Shown here in pieces: positions 16,395-25,722 of a stretch of 36,812 bases of DNA. Position 1 is the stretch's first letter. Every line of letters begins with the position of its first letter. The stretch is from assembly GCA_025922915.1 (NCBI GenBank), contig JAICGY010000001.1, positions 1 through 36,812 on the forward strand, in the 5' to 3' direction. The notes under the pieces are model-generated. The model was given only the letters and a program-made list of their open reading frames with translations. It did not search any database and was not told the DNA's origin. This DNA comes from Candidatus Methylomirabilota bacterium (GTDB lineage Bacteria; Methylomirabilota; Methylomirabilia; Rokubacteriales; CSP1-6). A program made the position numbers and the translations under genes.

Positions 16395-16656
16395 CTAGTC
16401 CCTGTCCAGCACCTTCCCGTCCTCCGCGACCGATCTCGTGCTCCCGGCCGTCCCGGACGAACTCCACCTCGTACACGCGGCGGCCGCCCCTCTCCTCCCG
16501 TTCGATCTCCTTGATCCGTCCACCTCGCGTCTCCTGCTCGACCGTCGCCCGGACCGCTGCCGGGAGCTGCTCGAGCGGGACCTCGTCGGCGGAGACGGCG
16601 GCCGGCGCGGCCGGCCCGACGGCAAGGACGAAGGCGATCGCCGTGCCAGCGACCGT
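16395..16656 (-). pseudogene. Frameshifted, start-less remnant of a PepSY / PepSY-like domain exported protein
   Basis: One minus frame gives TVAGTAIAFVLAVGPAAPAAVSADEVPLEQLPAAVRATVEQETRGGRIKEIEREERGGRRVYEVEFVRDGREHEI. The expected ending VAEDGKVLDRD-stop continues in another frame, with the shift near 16429-16434. An in-frame TGA (16659..16657) sits immediately upstream of the signal-peptide-like part, and no start codon is available. Confidence 0.55.
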
Positions 16657-16718
16657 TCAGGCCGTTTGTCGCCGCGCCGGGCGTCGGCCGGGCGGAACGG
16701 TCGCGGAGCCGCTGCCGG

Positions 16719-16900
16719 CACGCTCCCGTCGGCTACCTCGTCATCGCGTTCCCGGGGGAGGCGGAGGCCGACAAGGCCCGCGCGGGCCGCTCACCGGGGG
16801 CTACGAGGAGCAGGAGGTCATGATGTTCGCGCCCTCCGAGGCCGAGACCGACCGCGTTTCTCTGAGCCACGCGCCCGCAGTCGTCCACCGGTCGTCGTGA
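16719..16900 (+). pseudogene. Possible frameshifted N-terminal fragment of a small stress-type protein (YflT-like pattern?)
   Basis: Frame 0 reads HAPVGYLVIAFPGEAEADKARA. Frame 2 continues GPLTGGYEEQEVMMFAPSEAETDRVSLSHAPAVVHRSS-stop. The joined sequence resembles the xVVAxFxxxxEAxxAxxxLxxxGYxxxxI N-termini of YflT-like proteins. No start codon is present. The family assignment is weak. Confidence 0.25.
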
Positions 16901-16980
16901 GGGCATCCGCGTTGCACCCGTCCGCGCCTCGCGCGAGCGAGGACGGCGTCACGTCCTCGCCGCCAGCAGGAGGTACCGAC

Positions 16981-17601
16981 ATGGATCGCACGCTGGACGA
17001 CCGGGGCCGGAGGGATCGGAGCCTGATCCTCGACACGGAGTTCCTGGCCCGGAACTGGTGGGCGGTCGCGCTGCGGGGCGTGGCCGCGATCCTCTTCGGG
17101 ATCCTCGCGCTGATCATGCCCGGGGTCACGCTCGCCGCCCTCGTGCTGCTGTTCGGCGCCTACGCGCTGCTGGACGGTGTCTTCGACATCGTGGCCGCCG
17201 CGACGGGGCGCGCCGGCGGGCGGCCGTGGTGGGCGCTGGTCGTGGCCGGCCTCGTGAGCATCGCCGCCGGCCTCGTGGCGTTCTTCATGCCCGGTCTCAC
17301 CGCGCTCGCGCTGCTCTACCTCATCGCCGCCTGGGCCATCGTGCGCGGGGTGCTCGAGATCGTGGCCGCCGTCCGCCTGCGCCGGGAGATCGAGAACGAG
17401 TGGTGGCTGGGGCTGAGCGGCGCGCTCTCGGTCGTCTTCGGCGTGCTGGTCGCGATCGCGCCGGGGGCGGGGGCCCTGGCGATGGTGCTCTGGATCGGCG
17501 CCTACGCGCTCATCGTCGGGATCGTCCTGGTCGTGCATGCCGTACGGCTGCGCGCACGGCGCGACGAGGCGCGCACCACGACGATGCGCCGGGCCGCCTG
17601 A
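16981..17601 (+). CDS. HdeD-family (DUF308) acid-resistance membrane protein
   Basis: Tail of track ORF 16438..17601 starting at MDRTLDDRGRR, with a GGAGG SD. NWWAVALRGVAAILFGILALIMPGVTLAALVLLFGAYALLDGVFDIVAA is followed by repeated similar helices, typical of HdeD. Confidence 0.85.
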   Translation: MDRTLDDRGRRDRSLILDTEFLARNWWAVALRGVAAILFGILALIMPGVTLAALVLLFGAYALLDGVFDIVAAATGRAGGRPWWALVVAGLVSIAAGLVAFFMPGLTALALLYLIAAWAIVRGVLEIVAAVRLRREIENEWWLGLSGALSVVFGVLVAIAPGAGALAMVLWIGAYALIVGIVLVVHAVRLRARRDEARTTTMRRAA

Positions 17602-17622
17602 GACGGTAGACCGCGCCGGGGC

Positions 17623-19692
17623 TCACGACTCCGCCGCGCCCGGCCGCGCCTCGGGCAGCGGTAGCATCCCCGTCTCCAGGGCCGGGGCCCGCGGGAGACC
17701 CGTGACCTCCAGGATCTCCTGCTCGCTGAGCGTCTCCCGCGACAGCAAGGCCTCGGCGAGCGCATCGAGCTGCTTGCGATGGGCGCTCAGCAGACGCCGG
17801 GCCTCGTCGTGGCTCTCGTCGATGATCCTGCGCACCTCGGCGTCGATGGCCTCGGCCGTCTCCTCGCTGAACGGCCGCGGGCCGACGTAGCCGCCCGAGC
17901 CGCCCAGGTAGGGGTTCTCCTGGGGCGCGAGCTGCACGAGCCCGAGCCGCTCGCTCATGCCCCAGCGGGTGACCATCCGGCGCGCGAGACCGGTGGCCTG
18001 CTCGATGTCGTTCTCGGCCCCGGTCGTCCGGGTGCCGTAGACGATCTCCTCGGCGGCGCGGCCGCCCAGCATGCCGACGATCTTCGCGCGGAGATAGGCC
18101 TCCGGATAATTGTAGCGGTCGCTGTCGGGCCGCTGATACGTCACGCCGAGGGCCTGCCCGCGCGGCACGATCGTCACCCGGTTCACCGGATCGGCGCCCG
18201 GCACCACCAGGCCCAGGATGGCGTGCCCGCCCTCGTGGTAGGCGATGCGCTCCTTGTCGGCGCGGCTCAGGAGGAGCGGACGCTCGGGGCCCAGGACGAT
18301 CTTCTCGAGCGCGTCCAGGAAGTCCTTGTGACGGACGTCGTCCTGCTCGCGCCGGGCCGCCAGCAGGGCGGCCTCGTTGACGAGGTTCTTCAGATCGGCC
18401 CCCGAGAGCCCCGGCGTCACCGCGGCGAGGTCCGGCAGGCTGACGTCGCTCGCGAGCGGCACGCGGCGGGTGTGCACCTGGAGGATCGCCGCCCGCCCGA
18501 CCCGGTCCGGGAGGTTGACGACCACGCGCCGGTCGAAGCGGCCGGGCCGCAGGAGCGCCTTGTCGAGCACGTCGGGCTGGTTGGTCGCCCCCAGCACGAT
18601 GATGCCCTCGCGGCTGGAGAAGCCGTCCATCTCGGTCAGGATCTGGTTCAGGGTCTGCTCCTGCTCGTTGGAGGCCCCGATCGCCATCTGGCCGCGCGCG
18701 CGGCCGATGGCGTCCAGCTCGTCGATGAAGATGATCGCCGGCGCGTGCTCGCGCGCCTGCTTGAAGAGGTCTCGCACCCGGGCCGCCCCCACCCCCACGA
18801 TCATCTCCACGAACTCGGACCCGCTCATCGAGAAGAAGGGCACTCCCGCCTCGCCGGCGACCGCCTTGGCCAGCAAGGTCTTGCCCGTCCCCGGGGAGCC
18901 GACCAGGAGCACGCCCTTCGGCGCCGTCCCCCCGAGGCGGGTGTACTTTGGGGGGTCCTTGAGGAAGTCGACGATCTCGATCAGCTCGTTCTCGGCCTCG
19001 TCGATGCCGGCGACGTCGTCGAAGGTCACCCGCGTGTCCGTCGCCTGGTCGTAGCGGCGCGCCCGGCTCTTGCCGATGCCCATGAGCCCGCCGCCCATGC
19101 CGCCGCCCTGCGTCGCCCGCCGGAAGAACCAGACGTAGAAGCCGATGATGAGCAGGGCGGGGCCGAACCCGAACAGCAGCGTCGTCCAGGCGCTGCCACC
19201 CTCCTCGATCGGCCGGGCGCTGATCTCCACCCCGTTGTCGATCAGGAGCGCCTCCAGCCCGGGGTCCACGAAAGACGGCACCGTGGTCGTGAAGCGCGTG
19301 GCCGTCCTCGGCGGCGCGTCGCGCGCGGGACCGCGCTCGCCCGTCGTTGGCGCCTCGCCCTCGGGCGCCGGCGGCGGGTAGGTCACCGGGGCCGCGAAGC
19401 GGCCGGTGACGGTGTCGCCCTGGCTATAGATGGCCTGGACGTTGCCCCTCCTGACCTCCTCCTTGAACAGCGTGTAGGGCACCGTCAGCGGCTCCTCGGC
19501 GCCCGGCATCAGCAGCCGCACGAGGAAGAAATTCGCGAGCACGACGAGGGCGAACCAGAGCCAGGTCTTGCGCGGCGGCATCGCCACCTGCCCGGGGCCC
19601 TTGGCCGCTCCGGGCCCCGAGGGCCCCGGCGGGACCCTCCGGGCCGGCGCCGAGGTGCTCGCCCGTCCCTTCTGCCGTCCCGTCACGCTCAT
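17623..19692 (-). CDS. ftsH: ATP-dependent zinc metalloprotease FtsH
   Basis: Walker [19 protein letters not shown], Walker [13 protein letters not shown], and Zn site HEGGHA. Two TM segments flank a periplasmic loop that includes a Pro-rich stretch. I place the start at ATG 19692 ([14 protein letters not shown] 6 nt upstream) rather than at track ATG 19866. Confidence 0.92.
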   Translation of the reverse strand: MSVTGRQKGRASTSAPARRVPPGPSGPGAAKGPGQVAMPPRKTWLWFALVVLANFFLVRLLMPGAEEPLTVPYTLFKEEVRRGNVQAIYSQGDTVTGRFAAPVTYPPPAPEGEAPTTGERGPARDAPPRTATRFTTTVPSFVDPGLEALLIDNGVEISARPIEEGGSAWTTLLFGFGPALLIIGFYVWFFRRATQGGGMGGGLMGIGKSRARRYDQATDTRVTFDDVAGIDEAENELIEIVDFLKDPPKYTRLGGTAPKGVLLVGSPGTGKTLLAKAVAGEAGVPFFSMSGSEFVEMIVGVGAARVRDLFKQAREHAPAIIFIDELDAIGRARGQMAIGASNEQEQTLNQILTEMDGFSSREGIIVLGATNQPDVLDKALLRPGRFDRRVVVNLPDRVGRAAILQVHTRRVPLASDVSLPDLAAVTPGLSGADLKNLVNEAALLAARREQDDVRHKDFLDALEKIVLGPERPLLLSRADKERIAYHEGGHAILGLVVPGADPVNRVTIVPRGQALGVTYQRPDSDRYNYPEAYLRAKIVGMLGGRAAEEIVYGTRTTGAENDIEQATGLARRMVTRWGMSERLGLVQLAPQENPYLGGSGGYVGPRPFSEETAEAIDAEVRRIIDESHDEARRLLSAHRKQLDALAEALLSRETLSEQEILEVTGLPRAPALETGMLPLPEARPGAAES

Positions 19693-19777
19693 GCTCGCCT
19701 CCACGGGCACACCTTGCCTGATAAGCCGGCGACGATCCACCGGCACGCGTGGACCGGATGGGGGTACGCTGGCCGCC

Positions 19778-20467
19778 ATGAAGGCCCTCCGCCTGTCGGC
19801 GCCGGATACGCTCGAGGTGACCACCGCCCCCCGGCCGGAACCGGGCCCTGGCGAGGTGCTCGTCAAGGTCGGGGCCGCGGGCTACCACGCCATCGCACTC
19901 GCCCGCGAGGTGCTCCGGCCGGGCACGACGTGCGTGGTGATCGGCGTCGGCGGGCTCGGCCACATGGCCATCCAGATCCTCGCCGCCACCACGGCGGTGC
20001 GCGTGATCGCCGTGGACACGAGCCCGGACGCGCTGGAGCTGGCGAACCGCACGGGCGCCCACCACACCGTGCGCTCGGATGCCCGGGCGGCGGCGGCCAT
20101 CCGCGAGCTCGTCGGCCCCGGCCCGGGCGGCGCGGAGGCGGTCTTCGATTTCGTGGCCGTGGACCAGACGCTCGCGCTCGCCGCCTCCGTGGTCTCCACC
20201 GGCGGCCGGCTGCTGCTCGTCGGTCTCGGCGGTGGCCGGCTCGGCATCCGGCCCGGGGTCGGGAACATCGGTATCCCGATGGAGACGCGCGTCGTGGTGC
20301 CGTTCTGGGGGACGCGCGCGGAGCTGGCGGAGGTGCTCGCGCTCGCGCGCGCCGGCCGGATCCGGGCGCACGTCGAGACCTTCTCCCTCGCCGACGCCCC
20401 GGCCGCCTACGAGAAGATGCGGGCGGGCCGCCTGCGGGGTCGCGCGGTCATCACGCCCGCCGCCTGA
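19778..20467 (+). pseudogene. Zn-dependent alcohol dehydrogenase (MDR family) with an in-frame internal deletion of about 110 codons that removes the catalytic domain core
   Basis: The sequence starts at [35 protein letters not shown]. The next residue is already YHAIALAREVLRPGTTCVVIGVGGLGHMAIQ..., the Rossmann-domain entry. The GxCHSD, GHE and CxxCxxC...C segments are all absent. 229 aa against about 340 for relatives. The frame is intact, so it may still be expressed. Confidence 0.65.
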
Positions 20468-23279
20468 CCCCGGGGCGCGTTCCGGCGCGCACGGCCAGCT
20501 TGCTCGCTTCCCGGAGCCACAGCACCGAGCTCCCCGCCACCGCGCACCGCAGCCAGTCGCCGGCGCTCAGGCTCACCGTCGAGAAGCCGCGCTGGAGAAG
20601 CGGCACGTGAACCACCGCCACCTGCAGCAGGAGCGACAGGAGAATGGCTCCCCACAGCCACCGGTTGGAGAACAGCCCGGCGAACGCGCTCCGCTCGTCG
20701 GACCGGGCGTTGAAGACGTTGAAGAGCGAGAAGAACAGCAGCGTGGTGAAGGCCATGGTCTGCGCGTACCGGATGTCCCCCGACCCCTCGATCAGTCCCC
20801 CGGGCAGGCTCGCGTCGAGCACGAGCAGCGTGCCCGCCGCCATGATGGCCCCCACGAAGGCGATGCCCGCCCACATGCCGCGGGTGATCGCCCCCTCGCC
20901 GCGGGGGCGCGGCGGGTCGCTCATCACGGACGCGTCCGCCGGGTCGACGCCGAGGGCGAGGGCGGGCGCGCCGTCGGACACGAGGTTGATCCACAGGATG
21001 TGCGTCGCCAGCAGGGGCAGGACCACCCCGCCGGCATCCGGCGCCGTCAGGCCGATCCGGTCGGCGAGCAGCACGCCGAAGAACATCGCCATCACTTCCC
21101 CGAGGTTCGACGAGAGCAGGTAGCGCAGGAACTTGCGGATGTTCGCGAAGATCGCGCGCCCCTCCTCGACCGCCGCCACGATCGACGCGAAGTTGTCGTC
21201 GGCCAGCACCATGTCGGCCGCCTGCCGGGACACGTCCGTCCCCGCGATGCCCATGGCCACGCCGATGTCCGCGGCCTTCAGCGCGGGGGCATCGTTGACG
21301 CCGTCGCCCGTCATCGCCACCGTGGCGCCCTCGCGCTGCAGCGCCCGGACGATCCGCAGCTTGTGCTCGGGATTCACGCGCGCGTAGACCGCCACCTCGC
21401 GGACCGTCCGGCGGAGCGTCTCGTCCGGCATCGTCGCCAGCTCGGTGCCGGTGACCGCCCGCCCGTCGGCGGCGATGCCGAGCTCGGCGGCGATGACGAG
21501 TGCCGTCCGCGGATGGTCGCCGGTGATCATCAGCGGCCGGATGCCGGCGCCCCGCGCGCGGGCGACGGCCTCCTTCGCCTCGGCGCGTGGGGGGTCCATC
21601 ATGCCGATGAGCCCGAGGAAGACCAGGTCGTGCTCGACCCGCTCGTCGAGCTCCTCGCGCGCGAGGGCGTCCCTCGGCACCGACCGGAAGGCGACGCCGA
21701 GCGTGCGCAGCGCCTCGCCCGCCAACCCGTCGTTGATCGCGAGGATCTCGGCCCGGCGCTCCGGCGCGAGCGGCCGGACGGTTTCGCCCACCAGCTCTCC
21801 CGAGCAGCGCGCGAGCAGGACGTCCGGGGCGCCCTTGGTGAGGGCGCGCAGCCACGGCTCCCTCTCGGCGTCCGTGTGGATCGTGCTCATCAGCTTGCGC
21901 TCGGAGGAGAAGGGCACCTCGGCCACGCGAACGAAGCGCGCGGCGAGGGCCTCGTCGTCCAGCCCGGCCTTCCGCGCGGCGACGATCAGCGCGCCCTCGG
22001 TCGGGTCGCCCTGCACCGTCCAGCGCCCGCCGTGCTCCTGCAGGACGGCGTTGTTGGCGCGGTCGGCCGCGGCCAGCGCCCGCACGAGCTCGAGCCGCAG
22101 CGGGCCCTCGATCGGCCCGCCCCCCTCCCGGCGCACGTCACCCCGGGGCGCGTACCCCGTGCCGCCGAACCCGATGCGCCCGCTCGCGGTGACGACGGCC
22201 CGCACCGTCATCTCGTTCCTCGTGAGCGTGCCGGTCTTGTCCGAGGCGATGACGTCCGCCGCACCGAGCGTCTCGACGGCCGCGAGGTGGCGGACGATGG
22301 CGTTCCGCCTCGCCATGCGCTGCACGCCGAGGGAGAGGACCGCCGTCACCACCGCCGGCAACCCCTCGGGCACCGCCGCCACCGCGAGGGCGACCCCCAG
22401 GATCAGGACGTCGAACACCGCCGACACGCCCCGCACCTCCCCGACCAGCAGGATCGTCGCGATCATCACGACCGCGATGGCGACGACCACGAGGGCGAGC
22501 AGCCGGCCGACGCGGGCCAGCTCCTTCTGCAGGGGGGTCGTCTCCTTCGGCGTGGCCTCGAGCATCCCGGCGATGCGCCCCAGCTCGGTCCGCATGGCCG
22601 TCGCCACGACCACCGCGCGCCCGCGCCCGTACGTCACGGCGGTGCCGCTGAAGACCATGTTGTGGCGGTCCCCGACGCCGGCCTCGCCGGCGATCGGGAG
22701 CGTGTCCTTCGCGACCGGCACGCTCTCGCCCGTCAGCGCCGCCTCCGCCGCCTGCAGCGCCGTCGAGCGGATGAGCCGCGCGTCCGCCGGGACCGTGTCG
22801 CCCTCCTCGAGGAGGAGGACGTCGCCCGGCACGACCTCGGTCGCCGGGATGCGCTGCCGCGCGCCGTCCCGGACGACGGTGGCGTGGGCCGCCGACATCT
22901 GGCGCAGCGCCGCCACCGCCTGCTCCGCCCGCGAGCCCTGCACGTAGCCCAGGGCGGCGTTGAGGAGCACGACGGCGAGGATCGCCGTCGCCTCGTACGG
23001 CCATGCCGTCTCGCGCTCGTACAGCCACAGGCCGGCCGAGAAGACCGTGGCGACGAGGAGCAGGATGACGAGCACGTCCTGGAACTGGGCGAGGAGCTTG
23101 CGCCACGCCGGGACCGGCCTCTCCGCCGTCAGCTCGTTCCGCCCGTGGCGCGCGAGCCGCGCGCGGGCCTCCCCCGCGCTCAGGCCGCGCCGCGCGTCCG
23201 TGCCGAGGGCGGCCACGACCTCATCGACGGTGTGGCGATGGGGGGTGATGTCGTCGCGAGGCAGGGGCGGGGCGCTCAT
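20451..23279 (-). CDS. P-type cation-transporting ATPase, P2 (Ca2+/CtpF-like) class
   Basis: 942 aa. N-terminal cation-ATPase domain (LSAGEARARLARHGRNEL), TGESVPV, PEGLPAVVT, DKTGTLT, MITGDH, and TGDGVNDAPALKAADIGVAMG. Ten predicted TM helices. Confidence 0.92.
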   Translation of the reverse strand: MSAPPLPRDDITPHRHTVDEVVAALGTDARRGLSAGEARARLARHGRNELTAERPVPAWRKLLAQFQDVLVILLLVATVFSAGLWLYERETAWPYEATAILAVVLLNAALGYVQGSRAEQAVAALRQMSAAHATVVRDGARQRIPATEVVPGDVLLLEEGDTVPADARLIRSTALQAAEAALTGESVPVAKDTLPIAGEAGVGDRHNMVFSGTAVTYGRGRAVVVATAMRTELGRIAGMLEATPKETTPLQKELARVGRLLALVVVAIAVVMIATILLVGEVRGVSAVFDVLILGVALAVAAVPEGLPAVVTAVLSLGVQRMARRNAIVRHLAAVETLGAADVIASDKTGTLTRNEMTVRAVVTASGRIGFGGTGYAPRGDVRREGGGPIEGPLRLELVRALAAADRANNAVLQEHGGRWTVQGDPTEGALIVAARKAGLDDEALAARFVRVAEVPFSSERKLMSTIHTDAEREPWLRALTKGAPDVLLARCSGELVGETVRPLAPERRAEILAINDGLAGEALRTLGVAFRSVPRDALAREELDERVEHDLVFLGLIGMMDPPRAEAKEAVARARGAGIRPLMITGDHPRTALVIAAELGIAADGRAVTGTELATMPDETLRRTVREVAVYARVNPEHKLRIVRALQREGATVAMTGDGVNDAPALKAADIGVAMGIAGTDVSRQAADMVLADDNFASIVAAVEEGRAIFANIRKFLRYLLSSNLGEVMAMFFGVLLADRIGLTAPDAGGVVLPLLATHILWINLVSDGAPALALGVDPADASVMSDPPRPRGEGAITRGMWAGIAFVGAIMAAGTLLVLDASLPGGLIEGSGDIRYAQTMAFTTLLFFSLFNVFNARSDERSAFAGLFSNRWLWGAILLSLLLQVAVVHVPLLQRGFSTVSLSAGDWLRCAVAGSSVLWLREASKLAVRAGTRPGVRRRA

Positions 23280-23298
23280 CCCCGGGGCTCGTGGACGG

Positions 23299-25722
23299 TC
23301 ACTTCAGCACGAAGCGGCGGCTCTCCGACTCGGCGATCTCGTGCACCTGTCCGTTGACGCCGACCCGGATCGCGGGCGCCACGCAGTGCATCGCGCTCAC
23401 CTGGAGGGCGTCCGCCTCCAGCTCGAGGACGAGCGACTGCCCCCGGTAGCGCACGAACAGCCGCAAGCGGCGGAGCGGCGCGGGCAGGCGCGGGTCGAGC
23501 CACAGCACGTCGCCGCGGAGCTCGATGCCCGTGTAGCAGCGCTGCAGGACGTCGACGCTACCGGCCATCGCCCCGAGGTGGATCCCCTCCGGCGTCGTCC
23601 CGCCCTGGATGTCCGCGACGTCGGTGACGAGCCCCTCCATGAAGACGTCCCACGAGGCCGGGCGGTCGGCGCGGGCCAGGACCCAGGAGTCGGCCACGCG
23701 GCTCAGGGACGAGTCGTGCGCGCTCCGCGCGTAGTAGTAGTTGATGTTCCGCGGGATCGTCTGCTCGTCGAACGGGTACCCCAGGCGCTCGAAGAGCGAG
23801 CGGAGCTCGTCGGCCGAGAAGAGATAGAACAGCATGAGGACGTCGGGCTGCTTGGACAGCTTGTAGTGGATCGTGCTGTCGCCCTCGGCCTCCAGGATGA
23901 AGTCCAGGCGGTACAGGTGCCCGTAGCGCCGGCGGTAGGCCTCCCAGTCGAACTCCGCGAGGCTCTCGTAGCCCTCGAACTGGCTCAGGACGCCGTCGGC
24001 GTGGAAGACCAGGCGCATGCGCCGGCTGATGGTGTCCCACTCGGCCAGCTCCTCGTCGGTGATGGCCAGCCGGTCGCACACGCGGCGGCACACGGTGGCG
24101 GGGAGGACCTCGAGGACCTCGCGCGCGCGCGCGAGGACCCACACCGCCATGAGGTTCGTGTACGCGTTGTTGTTCAGCCCGGGCTGGTCGGCGCCGGGGT
24201 AGCGGTCGTGGTACTCGTCGGGCCCCATCACCCCCCGGATCTCGTACCGCTCGTGCCGGGGGTCGTACGTGGCGGCGCTCGCCCAGAACCGGGCCATGTC
24301 CAGCAGCATCTCCGCGCCGTAGTCGACGAGGAACTCCAGGTCGCCCGTCACCTCGTAGTACTGCCAGACGTTGTACGCGATCGCCGCGCCCACGTGCCGC
24401 TGCAGGTGCGAGTGGTCGGCCATCCAGCGGCCCGACCGCGGGTTGAAGAACTGGGTGTCGGTCTCCTCGCGCCCGTTGCTGCCGCTCTGCCACGGGAACA
24501 TGGCGCCGCGGTAGCCGGCCGCGCGAGCGGCCACCCGGGCCTCCTCGAGCCGGCGGTAGCGATAGAGGAGCAGCGCGCGCGTGATCTCCGGCATGCGGAG
24601 ATTCAGGAACGGGAACACGAAGACCTCGTCCCAGAACACGTGGCCGCGGTACGCCTCCCCGTGGAGCCCCCGCGCCGGGACGCCCGCGTCCAGGTCTCTC
24701 GTGTGGGGCGAGACGGTCTGCAGCAGGTGGAAGATGTGCAGGCGCACGAGGGCGGCGGTGGCGAGTGAGCCGTCGCGCGGCGTGACGGGGTCGGCCTCGA
24801 CCTCCAGCTCCATGTCGAACGTCCGCCAGAGGTGGTGCCAGGCCAGCCCGTGCGCGTGGAGCAGCTCGGCGAAGGTCCCGGCCCGCGCGATGGCCGTCCG
24901 CGCCTCCAAACCGCACTCGCTGATGGCCCGGTCCCGGGAGGTGTAGAGGGCCACGATCTTCTCGATCCGGACCGTCGTGCCGGCCGTGGCCGGCACGACG
25001 GTGTCCCGGGCGACGTGGCGCGGCTCCTCGTGCGCCGGGCGCGTCTCGCCGACACGCCGGTCGCCCTCGAACACCCGCACGCGCGCGGCCTGCGCGATCA
25101 CGATCTCGGACTGGCGCGTCCGGACCTTCAGGAAGATGCCGTCGCTCCCGACGGCCGCCGTCTCGACGGGGACCAGGTGCTCGCCCGCGAGGTGGCGATA
25201 GCGCGCGACGAGGTCGTTGACCACGCGCCCGTCGAGCGCGGCGCGGATCTCGAGCGGGCCCGACCAGTCCTCCGGCGTGATGGACGTCTCGAGCGCGGCC
25301 AGGTGCGGCGTCGCCATGTGGACCAGCCGGACGCTCCGGACGCGCGTCGTCCGGCCCGCAGCATCGCGCGCCCGCAGGTCGCGGACGAGAACGCCGCGCC
25401 GGAGGTCCAGCTCCTGCCGGTACGAGAGCACCTCGACGTCGGCGAGGCTGAACCACGGGCCGCCGGAAACCCGGAAGGTCAGCGGCAGCCAGTTGGGCGC
25501 GTTGACGAGATCCTCGTGCTCGAGGGTGCGGCCGCCGATGACGCTCGGCAGGCGGTCGTAGCCGCCCGCGATGTAGGTGCCGGGGTAGTGCGTCCCGTCG
25601 GCCGTGCTCTCCGGCGCCGCCCCCCGCGTCGCGAAGTAGCCGTTGCCGAGCGTGCACAGCGCCTCGCGCAGCCGCTCCTGGGCCGGGTCGAAGCCCTCGT
25701 AGACCAGGGACCATCCGTTCAC
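23299..25722 (-). CDS. Glycoside hydrolase family 65 disaccharide phosphorylase (trehalose/kojibiose/maltose phosphorylase-like)
   Basis: GTG at 25722 (VNGWSLVYEGFDP...). Motifs: GLHGEAYRGHVFWDEVFVFPF, MFPWQSGSNGREET, VMGPDEYH (general-acid Glu region), NNNAYTN, and LSKQPDVLML (phosphate-site region). The first ~290 aa of track ORF 23299..26580 are out-of-frame read-through of the HAD gene. Confidence 0.9.
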   Translation of the reverse strand: MNGWSLVYEGFDPAQERLREALCTLGNGYFATRGAAPESTADGTHYPGTYIAGGYDRLPSVIGGRTLEHEDLVNAPNWLPLTFRVSGGPWFSLADVEVLSYRQELDLRRGVLVRDLRARDAAGRTTRVRSVRLVHMATPHLAALETSITPEDWSGPLEIRAALDGRVVNDLVARYRHLAGEHLVPVETAAVGSDGIFLKVRTRQSEIVIAQAARVRVFEGDRRVGETRPAHEEPRHVARDTVVPATAGTTVRIEKIVALYTSRDRAISECGLEARTAIARAGTFAELLHAHGLAWHHLWRTFDMELEVEADPVTPRDGSLATAALVRLHIFHLLQTVSPHTRDLDAGVPARGLHGEAYRGHVFWDEVFVFPFLNLRMPEITRALLLYRYRRLEEARVAARAAGYRGAMFPWQSGSNGREETDTQFFNPRSGRWMADHSHLQRHVGAAIAYNVWQYYEVTGDLEFLVDYGAEMLLDMARFWASAATYDPRHERYEIRGVMGPDEYHDRYPGADQPGLNNNAYTNLMAVWVLARAREVLEVLPATVCRRVCDRLAITDEELAEWDTISRRMRLVFHADGVLSQFEGYESLAEFDWEAYRRRYGHLYRLDFILEAEGDSTIHYKLSKQPDVLMLFYLFSADELRSLFERLGYPFDEQTIPRNINYYYARSAHDSSLSRVADSWVLARADRPASWDVFMEGLVTDVADIQGGTTPEGIHLGAMAGSVDVLQRCYTGIELRGDVLWLDPRLPAPLRRLRLFVRYRGQSLVLELEADALQVSAMHCVAPAIRVGVNGQVHEIAESESRRFVLK

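Noticed and set aside
20451-20467. 17-nt convergent overlap between the 3' ends of the ADH-like gene and the P-type ATPase gene
   Set aside because: Short 3'-3' overlaps are common in compact high-GC genomes. No structure or motif is specific to this overlap.
17779-20610. 943-aa plus-strand ORF
   Set aside because: It is antisense to ftsH, which has unmistakable Walker and HEGGH motifs, and out of frame with the ADH-like gene. Low-complexity Arg/Gly/Pro composition.
20079-23357. 1092-aa plus-strand ORF
   Set aside because: It is antisense to the P-type ATPase gene, which carries DKTGTLT and TGDGVNDAPALK on the minus strand. Composition is dominated by R, G, P, A, D and H.
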